Positions 28,150 through 36,120 of a stretch of 52,937 nt of DNA are shown here, one piece after another. The DNA comes from Actinomycetota bacterium (lineage in GTDB: Bacteria > Actinomycetota > Acidimicrobiia > IMCC26256 > JAGPDB01). A program made the position numbers and the translations under genes. Within the stretch, counting starts at the first letter, position 1. Every line of letters begins with the position of its first letter. The stretch covers positions 1-52,937 of the forward strand of contig CAUJDU010000035.1 in NCBI GenBank assembly GCA_963169585.1. The letters are read 5' to 3'. Below the pieces are notes generated by a model. It was given only the letters and a program-made list of their open reading frames with translations, did no database searches and had not been told where the DNA came from.

Positions 28150-28327
28150 ATCTTTCGAGCCTTGCGGGGACCGCTCGGCACTCGCAGTCGCTCCTCCGTT
28201 CGCTCCTTGTGATTGTTATCTTTCGAGCCTTGCGGGGACCGCTCGGCTCTCGCAGTCGCTCCTCCGTTCGCTCCTTGTGATTGTCATCTTTCGAGCTTAC
28301 GGGGACCGCTCGGCTCTCGCAGTCGCT
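28150..28327. repeat. GC-rich 68-bp tandem repeat, about 2.6 copies
   Basis: Copy 1 (28150-28217) and copy 2 (28218-28285) differ at 2 of 68 positions. Copy 3 (28286-~28327) is partial, with one indel and one substitution. The unit is ATCTTTCGAGCCTTGCGGGGACCGCTCGGCTCTCGCAGTCGCTCCTCCGTTCGCTCCTTGTGATTGTC, about 62 % G+C by hand count. Each unit can form a hairpin (CGAGC...GCTCG or GAGCC...GGCTC around CGG-GGA-CCG). Confidence 0.95.
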
Positions 28328-28339
28328 TAGAATGTTCAA

Positions 28340-29296
28340 GTGCCAATAATTATTAATGATGAACTTCAAGGACTATCAAGCAGGCTTCGCCATGCTGGTG
28401 CAGTCGTATTAGACGAAGATCAAGCTTTAAAACAAGATATACGTCCTGCGAGGATTGGCCTGTTGAATTTAATGCCAGCACCTGCGATGGAGTCAACAGA
28501 AAATCAGTGGTTACGCTATATCAGCAATACGGTTCTGCAAATTGAACCCGTATTATTTAAATTTGATGAGGATTCACGAGAACGTCCAGGCGCATCGCGC
28601 CAGAAAATTTTAGAAAGATATATACCATTTAGCGAAGTTAGAAGAGATGGGCTTGATGGTTTGATAGTTACTGGAGATAATCTAGAGCTTCGCAAAGACC
28701 TACCAGAAGGAGAAATCCAAGCCCTCCAATTTGGAGAGATCACTTATGGTAACTCATTAAAAGAAATAATTGATTGGGCGAGAGAAAATGTTTTCTCAAC
28801 CATATACTCTTGTCTTGGTAGCCACTTTGCACTTAACCATCTTTATGGGATCGACAGATCAATTCCTGGCGAAAAAATATTTGGTGTTTTTGAACATGAA
28901 ATAAAGAAGTATTCTACGAACCCTTTAGTTCAAGGTATGGATGATGCAATAATGGCACCACATTCAAGGTGGGGGACAATGGATTCTTCGCAACTGAAAA
29001 ATAACGGTATTGAAATTCTGGCAGAAAACGGTCAAGTAGGTTGGCTGCTAGCTTCAGATAAAAATACTGCTAATGGTTTTGATATCTTTCTTCAAGGGCA
29101 TCCAGAATACGATAAATATGACTTGCACTCTGAGTTTTTGCGTGATTGGGAAAATGGTCAAAAAATGCCAAAGGGTTACTATGATTCGAATAACCCTGCT
29201 GCAATGCCTCGGATGACTTGGGCAAATGATGCTCGGGCATTGCATGCAAACTGGATGTCTTCTATCTATAGGCACTTTTCAGTGGATATGTTTTAG
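28340..29296 (+). CDS. metA: Homoserine O-acyltransferase (MetA family)
   Basis: The N-terminus MPIIINDELQG parallels E. coli MetA MPIRVPDELPA. NLMPAPAMESTENQWLR, GLIVTGDN, APHSRWG and GHPEYD are present. The start is GTG with no obvious Shine-Dalgarno. Confidence 0.9.
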   Translation: MPIIINDELQGLSSRLRHAGAVVLDEDQALKQDIRPARIGLLNLMPAPAMESTENQWLRYISNTVLQIEPVLFKFDEDSRERPGASRQKILERYIPFSEVRRDGLDGLIVTGDNLELRKDLPEGEIQALQFGEITYGNSLKEIIDWARENVFSTIYSCLGSHFALNHLYGIDRSIPGEKIFGVFEHEIKKYSTNPLVQGMDDAIMAPHSRWGTMDSSQLKNNGIEILAENGQVGWLLASDKNTANGFDIFLQGHPEYDKYDLHSEFLRDWENGQKMPKGYYDSNNPAAMPRMTWANDARALHANWMSSIYRHFSVDMF

Positions 29297-29376
29297 AAAC
29301 ATCCCATGTTTTAAGATGTCTTTACAGTTCAATGAATAACCAACCGGGTGTTCTAGTCGATGCGTCTAGAATCGTC

Positions 29377-29811
29377 TTATTTATCTTTGGATGTAACAGA
29401 TTGCATATCGTTAAGTGCAACAGGACCAACATTAATGATAAGGTTTGCTTTTTCTCTAAAAAGTATCGCTTGTTGAGCTTTAGTGTAAACCAATAACGTA
29501 TCGCCTTTACGTGCATTTTTAAAAAATGGTTGGTCTTTTAACTTTTCATGGTCTTCAATTATTGCAATCGTAGGTGTCTCATCTGTAGGTAATATCATGA
29601 GCTTACCAACTTTATTTATTACAGAGTTTGAAGCAGAGCTATTTTCAACGTTAGTACGATGTTGAGTAGATTTGGCTTTCTGATAAAAATAGATCGTAGA
29701 TACTAGTAGTATCCCTATTAATACTATAAGTACGCTTGTTGAGCTTATCTTAAATGATGGGTTTTTCATCTCAAACTTACTCTGATTAGTATTATTTGTT
29801 TCTGTATTCAT
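29377..29811 (-). CDS. Small N-terminally membrane-anchored protein of unknown function
   Basis: It is a 144-aa ORF with one hydrophobic helix (VLIVLIGILLVSTIYFY) followed by a ~95-aa soluble domain. It is the last gene of the minus-strand surface-protein unit. I recognised no family. Confidence 0.5.
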   Translation of the reverse strand: MNTETNNTNQSKFEMKNPSFKISSTSVLIVLIGILLVSTIYFYQKAKSTQHRTNVENSSASNSVINKVGKLMILPTDETPTIAIIEDHEKLKDQPFFKNARKGDTLLVYTKAQQAILFREKANLIINVGPVALNDMQSVTSKDK

Positions 29812-29835
29812 GTGCTATCTTAACTACAAATTTGT

Positions 29836-30486
29836 CTAATTTAACGAATAATATAATAAATAGGGCGAATGTATTGTCTCAATTGTCATCGTAGGTTTGG
29901 ATGTACTCGCTTGGAGATAATATGTTGTGGGTTGAGAAACGGTCAATATGAGCGTTTTTGTTGATACACCGGCATTATATGAGCTGTTGGCATTCTGAGA
30001 TACAGAAATTGAACTTGGAACATGTGTGCGTGATGCCCCTTCTGCTAACCGGAAATAGTTCGTAAAATTCGTTGAGCTGTTATATGAAGCTACAGAATAC
30101 GTGATGACATATGTTCCTGCACTTGGAAAAGTAACAGACATTCCAGTATCAACATAGGATCCAGAGCCCGTTGTAAAATTAGATGCAAGTGTAGATGAAC
30201 CAGTTTTAACTGTAAACGTATTGGTACTTATAACTCTCCATCTAGAATTAGTTGAATCGTATTGAAGCAAGGCTGAGCTATTGGGATTTAATATAAGATC
30301 AATATCATTACCAGTTATAATACGATTACCAGCCGTACTTGAACTCGACTGATTAGCTAGCGTAACTGTTGATGTACTTGTATTCATCAATGTTAAGAGT
30401 TTTCCATCTACTCCGTTGGCTATACCAGTAACGGTCAAAGGCGCTGCCGGGTTTAGACGATAGCTACTATTAGGTCCAAAATCCAC
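29836..30486 (-). CDS. S/T/N-rich beta-rich domain protein, in frame with the upstream collagen-like ORF across a single TGA
   Basis: This 216-aa ORF has a GTG start in the track. It lies in the same reading frame as 30526-31839, and the 13 codons between them contain no stop. The C-terminal part (GTYVITYSVASYNSS...LILTVSQPTTYYLQAS) has a jelly-roll, C1q/TNF-head-like alternation of residues. That fold assignment is inference only. Confidence 0.5.
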   Translation of the reverse strand: MDFGPNSSYRLNPAAPLTVTGIANGVDGKLLTLMNTSTSTVTLANQSSSSTAGNRIITGNDIDLILNPNSSALLQYDSTNSRWRVISTNTFTVKTGSSTLASNFTTGSGSYVDTGMSVTFPSAGTYVITYSVASYNSSTNFTNYFRLAEGASRTHVPSSISVSQNANSSYNAGVSTKTLILTVSQPTTYYLQASTSKPTMTIETIHSPYLLYYSLN

Positions 30487-30525
30487 ATTATTTTGTGTTC
30501 CTGATGAAGTGTAATTGGTACCAGG

Positions 30526-31839
30526 TCATAAAGCCATTGAACCTGTTACATCTAAAGCTAATCCACTACCTAATACGTTAATCTTTAATCCAGCAATCGC
30601 ATTTGCATTACCATTAGCATTTAAGCTCAACAATGTCCCAGTATTGCCTGCATTATTGCCGGTCAGGCTTACATTAACAAGATTTCCTGTTAAAGATGTA
30701 GAGGTACTTGCTACCCTGAATCCATTTCCACTGGTAAGATTATCAGCTAATACTGAAGCGACATCTCCCGAGGTGATTCCGTCGCCTTTGAATGTTTTGT
30801 TTCCTGCAAATGTTTGAGAACTGGTATTGACAAGACCTGGTTGTGTATCTGAGGCAGATTGAAGGTAGAGAACGTTTCCAGAAATCGTTGCACCTTTAGG
30901 ATCAGCTGTTTGTCCGTCAAGATTTCCTACACTTAAGCTTGCCGATGGGGTAAGACAAACCCAGTTAGTTCCGTTATAGCTAAGTTGATCTGACGTACTG
31001 CAAGTTAGACTACTTATCGTATTTGCTGACCTAGAGAATAAACCATTTCCTGTAAATGTTAATGCGTTTTCTTTGTTGTTAAATGTTGTCCAATTTACAG
31101 ATGATAGTAATCCGTTTGAAGATCCGCTTGCTGTTGCTATGTTCAAAGTTGTGCCGCTGCCGATGACAGAACCTGTTCCTCCGACAATAGATATTCCAGA
31201 TGTTGAGGATGTTAAATCTCCAGTTGTTACTGATCCGGTATTATCGTTTGCGCAATTCCATGCTGTACCATTAAATTTCAATATTTCGTTATTAGAACAT
31301 GATGTCAGTAGTGTTAATCCATTATTAGTCTTAGTAATACCGCCATTTGTATCTGTAACGATGTTGACAGTGAGTACTTGTAATGCGAGACTGCCAGAAA
31401 GTCCGTCACCAAAGCTCGTGGACAATACGCCGGCAGGACCAGTAGCACCAGTTGCTCCAGTAGCGCCGGCAGGACCAGTTGCCCCGGCAGGACCTATCTT
31501 AACGTCTGATACATTTATACTTTTAGCGTCAGAAGTTACACAAACAAATTTCTGATTTTGAAAAGCTAGCAGTTGCCCTTTATCGCAAGAAGTGATCCTT
31601 TCATTATCATCATCAACAGGTAATGCGCCAGCTACTTTTATTGCGGCATCAATTTTTTTATTGAGCTTAGGGTCCAAATGTCTAGCCCTAATAGAACCGT
31701 TAGCTAGATGTGTATCCTGTTTAGCTGAGACGTCATCATACTTACAAAATGTAAATATAGAAATTACAAAAGCAATCAAAGCTATAGCGCTTACTAGCCA
31801 TATTATTTTACGCAAGGTGATCCTTCCCTTAATGCCCAT
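30526..31839 (-). CDS. Membrane-anchored collagen-like repeat protein (fibre stalk)
   Basis: The N-terminal anchor is IIWLVSAIALIAFVISIFTF. Seven G-X-Y triplets (GPAGATGPAGATGATGATGPAG) follow, then about 300 aa of a G/S/T/N-rich region. It ends at TGA 30526-30528. Confidence 0.7.
   Translation of the reverse strand: MGIKGRITLRKIIWLVSAIALIAFVISIFTFCKYDDVSAKQDTHLANGSIRARHLDPKLNKKIDAAIKVAGALPVDDDNERITSCDKGQLLAFQNQKFVCVTSDAKSINVSDVKIGPAGATGPAGATGATGATGPAGVLSTSFGDGLSGSLALQVLTVNIVTDTNGGITKTNNGLTLLTSCSNNEILKFNGTAWNCANDNTGSVTTGDLTSSTSGISIVGGTGSVIGSGTTLNIATASGSSNGLLSSVNWTTFNNKENALTFTGNGLFSRSANTISSLTCSTSDQLSYNGTNWVCLTPSASLSVGNLDGQTADPKGATISGNVLYLQSASDTQPGLVNTSSQTFAGNKTFKGDGITSGDVASVLADNLTSGNGFRVASTSTSLTGNLVNVSLTGNNAGNTGTLLSLNANGNANAIAGLKINVLGSGLALDVTGSMAL
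31429..31494 (-). repeat. Collagen-like G-X-Y triplet repeat (7 triplets) inside the CDS
   Basis: The minus strand reads GGT CCT GCC GGG GCA ACT GGT CCT GCC GGC GCT ACT GGA GCA ACT GGT GCT ACT GGT CCT GCC GGC. Confidence 0.85.
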
Positions 31840-32071
31840 ACCACTCGCGGATGGTCTAGTTTACACGCTAGTAGATAAGTTCTAATGACAATTAGAGTAA
31901 AAATGTGTAAATACTGCCAATCGGCTTTTCCTCAATAACACCGAGGAACTAAAGCTTCATAACCCGCATATGGCGCAATCGATATAAAAAAAGCAGGCTA
32001 TCTTAGTTCTTAAGGACCAGTCATAATAGTAACTAGCTAGTTTTCGACTGGCTGCCTGCCCCTTTGACTCT

Positions 32072-34609
32072 ATGGATGGAATAATGAATCATACGACGCT
32101 ATTACGATCAATTACCTCATTAAAACTAAAAACTCGGTTATTAGTATTAGCTATGGGAATTTTAGTTATAGCGACTGGGACAATTTCCTATGCACAAGGT
32201 ACTTCAACAAGCTCTTCTCAATCAGTAGTAAATGCAAGTGTCTTAGCACTTGATCCGAGTGGTAAAACCATTCCTGACACAAATAAATACACGATCCCAT
32301 CGAGCAATGTGATCCATATGTCTCCTAACGGTGATGATTCGAAAAATGGTACGAATTTAGCCAATGCGGTTAAAACGATTGCGCGAGCTGCTTCTTTAGT
32401 ACCAAGCAATGGAACAATTATCGTTCACGATGGTATATATCGTGATGGCTATATCTCTGCCAAATTCATCTCAAAATCTGTTACCATTCAAGCTGCACCT
32501 GGAGCAAAACCTTGGTTCGTAGGTTCTGATGTCGCTTTAGGATGGCAAAAAAGTGGAAGTATTTGGACGCTAGAAAATTGGAATACACCACAGTTCTGCA
32601 ATGGAAAATATTACGAGAAAGTTAAAGGCTTTAATGGGTCTGCATTAGAAAATGAAGGTGTTGCTCCTTTTGACGTTAGGCTTCGAGACTTTAAAACCAA
32701 GTCTGATCCTGCAAATAGCGAAAAAGGTGTCGATTCGCCTTGTTCATGGGCAGATAGCATTAGTCCAACATATCCAATGGGGGTTGATCCCCAAATGGTT
32801 TTCATAGGAGATGGTACTCTTTCTGGTGATAGAGAACTAACCCAAGTTGATGCACTAAGTAAAGTACAACCAGGAACTAACACTTTCTACTATGACTGGG
32901 CGGCACGCAGAATGCACATTAGTGAAGACCCAGCAAAAAGAAGTGTTGAACTCGCTGTACGTCCTGGCTTTTCGGTTCTGGGTGGAGCCTACAATTTTGC
33001 TATTAAAGGTGTCGGTTTTAAACGTTTTGCCTCTACTTATGGCGGTGTCGGTGCAGGTAATCCTGGGGTAATTTATGCCGGCTTAGGAGGTTCAACTACT
33101 CCTAATGCAGGTCAAGTCCAGATCGAAGATGCAGTTTTCACAGAAAATGCAGGTAGTAATATTACTTTTAGTGGAGCAAAGCTAAATAGTTATGTCAAAA
33201 ATTCGGTTTTTGCTTTCAATCACACCAGCGGGTTGAGTGGTAATGGTTTTGCAAACGATAGAAATGCTTTTAATAATAATGTTCGAGATGGTTTAACTCT
33301 TGAGGGAAATGTCTTCAATGAGAATAATCGAGCGATGCTTGATCTTCAGTGTGCTCGCTCATGTGGGGTTGCTGGGGTAAAGCTAAATCATATGAGAGGA
33401 TTTGTTGCTAAAAACAATATATTTGAAAATACAAATGGTAAAGCGCCAGGTATGTGGTGTGACCTGGACTGTTCAGAAGGCATTATTGTAAATAATATTT
33501 CTAGATATAATGGTGGCCACGGAATTTTCTATGAAGTTTCTAATACCGGAATAATTGCGAACAACTTGGTTTATCATAATGCTACCGGTTCAGGGTCTGC
33601 TGCTGGAATAGCTGTGACAGCTGCAAATACCAAGATTTATAATAATACGGTCGTACAAAATAATGCTCAGGCTATTTGGATATTTGACGACAGCAGACAA
33701 GCTCCAGATAGGGGAGAAACATGGCCATACTGGTCGCCGTCTAGAGCCGATCTTGGACCTAACCCGGTTGGGAATGAATTCGCAAATAATCTTATTGTTG
33801 CAGTACAAGCTAGCGGTCCAAGAATAATGAACATCCTTTCTTCAGGAACAAAAGGCCCACGAAACACTATTGCTGAAGAATTCTTCTGTCCAGCACCACA
33901 TGTAACAGGTGGGGAATGTGTTATAGACAATAACATCTATTACAAGAGCACCAGTAGAAAGATTTACGGTTTTGGGACTTTTGATCAAATATCGAATCTA
34001 ACGGAATTGCGAACAAAAACAAACTTATCCTGGCTAGAAAAAGACTCTATTGAAATTAACCAGACAGGAGCGAATCCATTTGTAGATATCGCTAGTGATG
34101 ATTACCGTTTATCTGCTAATAGTGAAGCACTAATTAATAAAGGTAGAAGACTGCCAGATAAAGTATCTGATGCAATTGGGATTACAAGGGGAACAACTCC
34201 TCATCGTGGGGCCTTACTTTCTCAAGAAAGTACCCCAACACAGCCTCCTGCGACTGTTCCTCCGGCTACAGTTCCGCCAGTTGTTGAACCTCCTGCGACT
34301 GTTCCTCCTGCTACAGTTCCGCCAGTTGTACAGCCTCCTGCGACTGTTCCTCCGGCTACAGTTCCACCAGTAGTGCAACCTCCTACAGTTAATAACAAGG
34401 TAATAGCTATTAACCATATGATTAAGCAATATGACTTAGAAAAGGTCAAAGAAACAAGCTGGAATGGTTCAACTTTAAAAGCCCGTCTATATTTCAAACG
34501 TTCAGGTTTTCTTTATGTCGTTGCTGATGTAACAGCTAAAATCGATAGTGTAGGGAACTATGAATTTGCAGCAGTAGACTGGAAGGTTGGTTTTTCACCA
34601 TTTAAATAA
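32072..34609 (+). CDS. Secreted right-handed parallel beta-helix protein with a Pro/Thr/Val-rich linker and a small C-terminal domain
   Basis: The signal peptide is LVLAMGILVIATGTISYAQG. The N-terminal cap HMSPNGDDSKNGTNLANAVKTIARAASLVPSNGTIIVHDGIYRD is typical of pectate-lyase-fold (DUF1565-like) proteins. Serial N/G-rich beta-helix rungs follow (VFTENAGSNITFSG, SVFAFNHTSGLSGNG, GNVFNENN, NNIFENTNG, NNISRYNGGHGIFYE, NNLVYHN, NNTVVQNN). The PPATVPPATVPPVV(E/Q) unit repeats three times. Confidence 0.8.
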   Translation: MDGIMNHTTLLRSITSLKLKTRLLVLAMGILVIATGTISYAQGTSTSSSQSVVNASVLALDPSGKTIPDTNKYTIPSSNVIHMSPNGDDSKNGTNLANAVKTIARAASLVPSNGTIIVHDGIYRDGYISAKFISKSVTIQAAPGAKPWFVGSDVALGWQKSGSIWTLENWNTPQFCNGKYYEKVKGFNGSALENEGVAPFDVRLRDFKTKSDPANSEKGVDSPCSWADSISPTYPMGVDPQMVFIGDGTLSGDRELTQVDALSKVQPGTNTFYYDWAARRMHISEDPAKRSVELAVRPGFSVLGGAYNFAIKGVGFKRFASTYGGVGAGNPGVIYAGLGGSTTPNAGQVQIEDAVFTENAGSNITFSGAKLNSYVKNSVFAFNHTSGLSGNGFANDRNAFNNNVRDGLTLEGNVFNENNRAMLDLQCARSCGVAGVKLNHMRGFVAKNNIFENTNGKAPGMWCDLDCSEGIIVNNISRYNGGHGIFYEVSNTGIIANNLVYHNATGSGSAAGIAVTAANTKIYNNTVVQNNAQAIWIFDDSRQAPDRGETWPYWSPSRADLGPNPVGNEFANNLIVAVQASGPRIMNILSSGTKGPRNTIAEEFFCPAPHVTGGECVIDNNIYYKSTSRKIYGFGTFDQISNLTELRTKTNLSWLEKDSIEINQTGANPFVDIASDDYRLSANSEALINKGRRLPDKVSDAIGITRGTTPHRGALLSQESTPTQPPATVPPATVPPVVEPPATVPPATVPPVVQPPATVPPATVPPVVQPPTVNNKVIAINHMIKQYDLEKVKETSWNGSTLKARLYFKRSGFLYVVADVTAKIDSVGNYEFAAVDWKVGFSPFK
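34244..34390 (+). repeat. 45-bp in-frame tandem repeat (about 3.2 copies) encoding PPATVPPATVPPVV(E/Q)
   Basis: Copies start at 34244, 34289 and 34334, with a partial fourth copy running to ~34390. Only a few substitutions separate the copies. Confidence 0.93.
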
Positions 34610-34617
34610 TGAAAGAT

Positions 34618-36120
34618 TTACTTTTCAGAACGTAAAGTAGGGAATAGGACGACGTCTCTAATTGTCAAGGTCTCTGCCAAGAGCATTGCTAAACGGTCCA
34701 TTCCTATTCCTAGACCTCCTGTAGGGGGCAATCCATACTCTAAAGCTCTTAAATATGGTTCATCGATTGTTCCAGCTTCGTCGTCTCCAGCATCACGAGC
34801 CTTTTGTTCGTCTTCGAATCGATTACGTTGTTCTATTGGATCGTTTAACTCAGAAAAAGCATTACCCAGCTCTCTACCGGCAACAACTAGTTCAAAACGT
34901 TCAGTAATTTCAGGATCGTCAGGTTTTTGTTTTGCAAGAGGAGATATTTCTCTAGGGTAATCTAATACGAAGGTAGGTTGAATTAGGTTCTTTTCGCAAT
35001 GGAGTTCATAAAGTTCTCCAATAATTTTGCCTACTCCCCAAAATCCTTCGATCTTGTCTAAACCGTTCTCTTTCGCTATTTTGATTGCTTCATCTTTATC
35101 CATGGAAGGATGCATTTCAATACCAATAGCTTCTTGAACTAGATCGATCATGGAAGCTCTTCTAAAAGGTGCTGCCAAAGAAATTTCTAAATCATCTATC
35201 TTGATATCGGTTCTGCCAATAGAATCCTTTGCTGCATTTTCAACAATAGATTCTGTAAGGTTCATCATCGTGTTATAGTCGCCGAAAGCTTCGTAACATT
35301 CCATCATCGTAAATTCAGGATTATGACGTGTTGAAATTCCTTCATTGCGAAAAACTCTACCAATTTCAAAAACTTTTTCTATTCCACCAACTACAAGGCG
35401 TTTAAGAGGTAGTTCAAGCGCGATCCGTAAATGAAGATCCATATCTAGAGCATTGTGATGGGTAACAAAAGGACGGGCAGTCGCACCACCTGGTTCGTCC
35501 ATCAATACTGGGCCTTCAACTTCCACATATCCACGTTCACTTAAAGATCTGCGAACGCTTGCTATGGCTTTATGTCGTATCTCGAAGCGTTTCCTAGATT
35601 CTTCATTCATTATCAAATCAAGTTCACGTTGACGATAAATCTGGTCAACATCAGTCATCCCCTTGAATTTATCTGGTAATGGTCGTAAACATTTTGAAAG
35701 TAAAACTACTGAACTAGTTTTGATGGAAAGCTCACCTTTTTTGGAAGTAATAACTTCACCAGTTGCACTGACCCAATCTCCTAGATCCAAGTCAACGAAA
35801 GCATCAAAATTATTAGCCATATCTGCTTTAGAAACAAAAAGTTGAATGGTGCCACTCGAATCTCGCAGTGTTGCGAAACTCAATTTACCCATATCTCGCT
35901 TTAAAATAAGTCTACCAGCGACACTTTGGATTATCCCGGTATGGCTTTCTGGCTCTAAATCATCATATTTTTCGTGTAGTTCTTTGGCGTAGACAGTTCT
36001 TTCACCAGTTGTAGGGTACGGATTGACGTTTTTGTCCCGAAGTTCTTGTACCTTATCTAATCGAAGCTGACGAATCTCTTCATCAGTAGAAGTAGAAGCT
36101 GAATTATCGACTGTTTCCAT
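34618..36120 (-). CDS. lysS: Lysine--tRNA ligase (class II)
   Basis: It has an N-terminal OB anticodon-binding domain (VAGRLILKRDMGKLSFATLRDSSGTIQLF). The class II motifs are FRNEGISTRHNPEFTMME and GGLGIGMDRLAMLL. Confidence 0.96.
   Translation of the reverse strand: METVDNSASTSTDEEIRQLRLDKVQELRDKNVNPYPTTGERTVYAKELHEKYDDLEPESHTGIIQSVAGRLILKRDMGKLSFATLRDSSGTIQLFVSKADMANNFDAFVDLDLGDWVSATGEVITSKKGELSIKTSSVVLLSKCLRPLPDKFKGMTDVDQIYRQRELDLIMNEESRKRFEIRHKAIASVRRSLSERGYVEVEGPVLMDEPGGATARPFVTHHNALDMDLHLRIALELPLKRLVVGGIEKVFEIGRVFRNEGISTRHNPEFTMMECYEAFGDYNTMMNLTESIVENAAKDSIGRTDIKIDDLEISLAAPFRRASMIDLVQEAIGIEMHPSMDKDEAIKIAKENGLDKIEGFWGVGKIIGELYELHCEKNLIQPTFVLDYPREISPLAKQKPDDPEITERFELVVAGRELGNAFSELNDPIEQRNRFEDEQKARDAGDDEAGTIDEPYLRALEYGLPPTGGLGIGMDRLAMLLAETLTIRDVVLFPTLRSEK

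Noticed and set aside
28150-28327. Possible CRISPR array, because of regular direct repeats.
   Set aside because: The 68-bp units are directly adjacent with no unique spacers. The unit is too long for a CRISPR repeat, and there are no cas genes in the window.
28142-28339. A SAM or methionine riboswitch upstream of metA.
   Set aside because: I could not recognise the conserved cores of the SAM-I, SAM-II/V or SAM-IV classes. The region consists of near-identical recent duplications, which is not how riboswitch aptamers look. This still deserves an Rfam scan.
27990-28369. Track ORFs 27990-28280 (+), 28115-28330 (+) and 28148-28369 (-) as protein-coding genes.
   Set aside because: They run through the tRNA-Leu gene and the tandem repeat, so their 'proteins' are just the translated repeat (SSLAGTAR.SQSLLRSLLVIVIFRA appears twice). 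They overlap the well-supported metA start and have no credible start context.
30526-30528. The in-frame TGA as a selenocysteine codon, or as genome-wide TGA reassignment.
   Set aside because: TGA clearly terminates other well-defined genes here, for example uvrB at 8420-8422. I see no convincing SECIS-like hairpin immediately downstream, and a structural S/T/G-rich fibre has no redox site that would need Sec.
30515-31555. Plus-strand ORFs 30515-30817 and 31073-31555, antisense to the collagen-like gene.
   Set aside because: They are typical shadow ORFs opposite a repeat-rich, stop-poor G/S/T/N coding region. The translations are low-complexity (for example PVAPVAPVAPAGPVAPAGP, which mirrors the GXY repeat), and neither has a start context.
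34170-34497. Track ORFs 34170-34373 (+), 34214-34429 (-) and 34222-34497 (-).
   Set aside because: They are alternative-frame or antisense readings of the 45-bp tandem repeat inside the beta-helix gene, and their translations are simply periodic.
28058-34617. Integrative element or prophage inserted at tRNA-Leu.
   Set aside because: There is no integrase, excisionase, transposase or phage structural or replication gene. I could not spot a direct repeat of the tRNA 3' end downstream. metA, a core gene, lies between the tRNA and the surface cassette. I kept the region only as a possible variable island.
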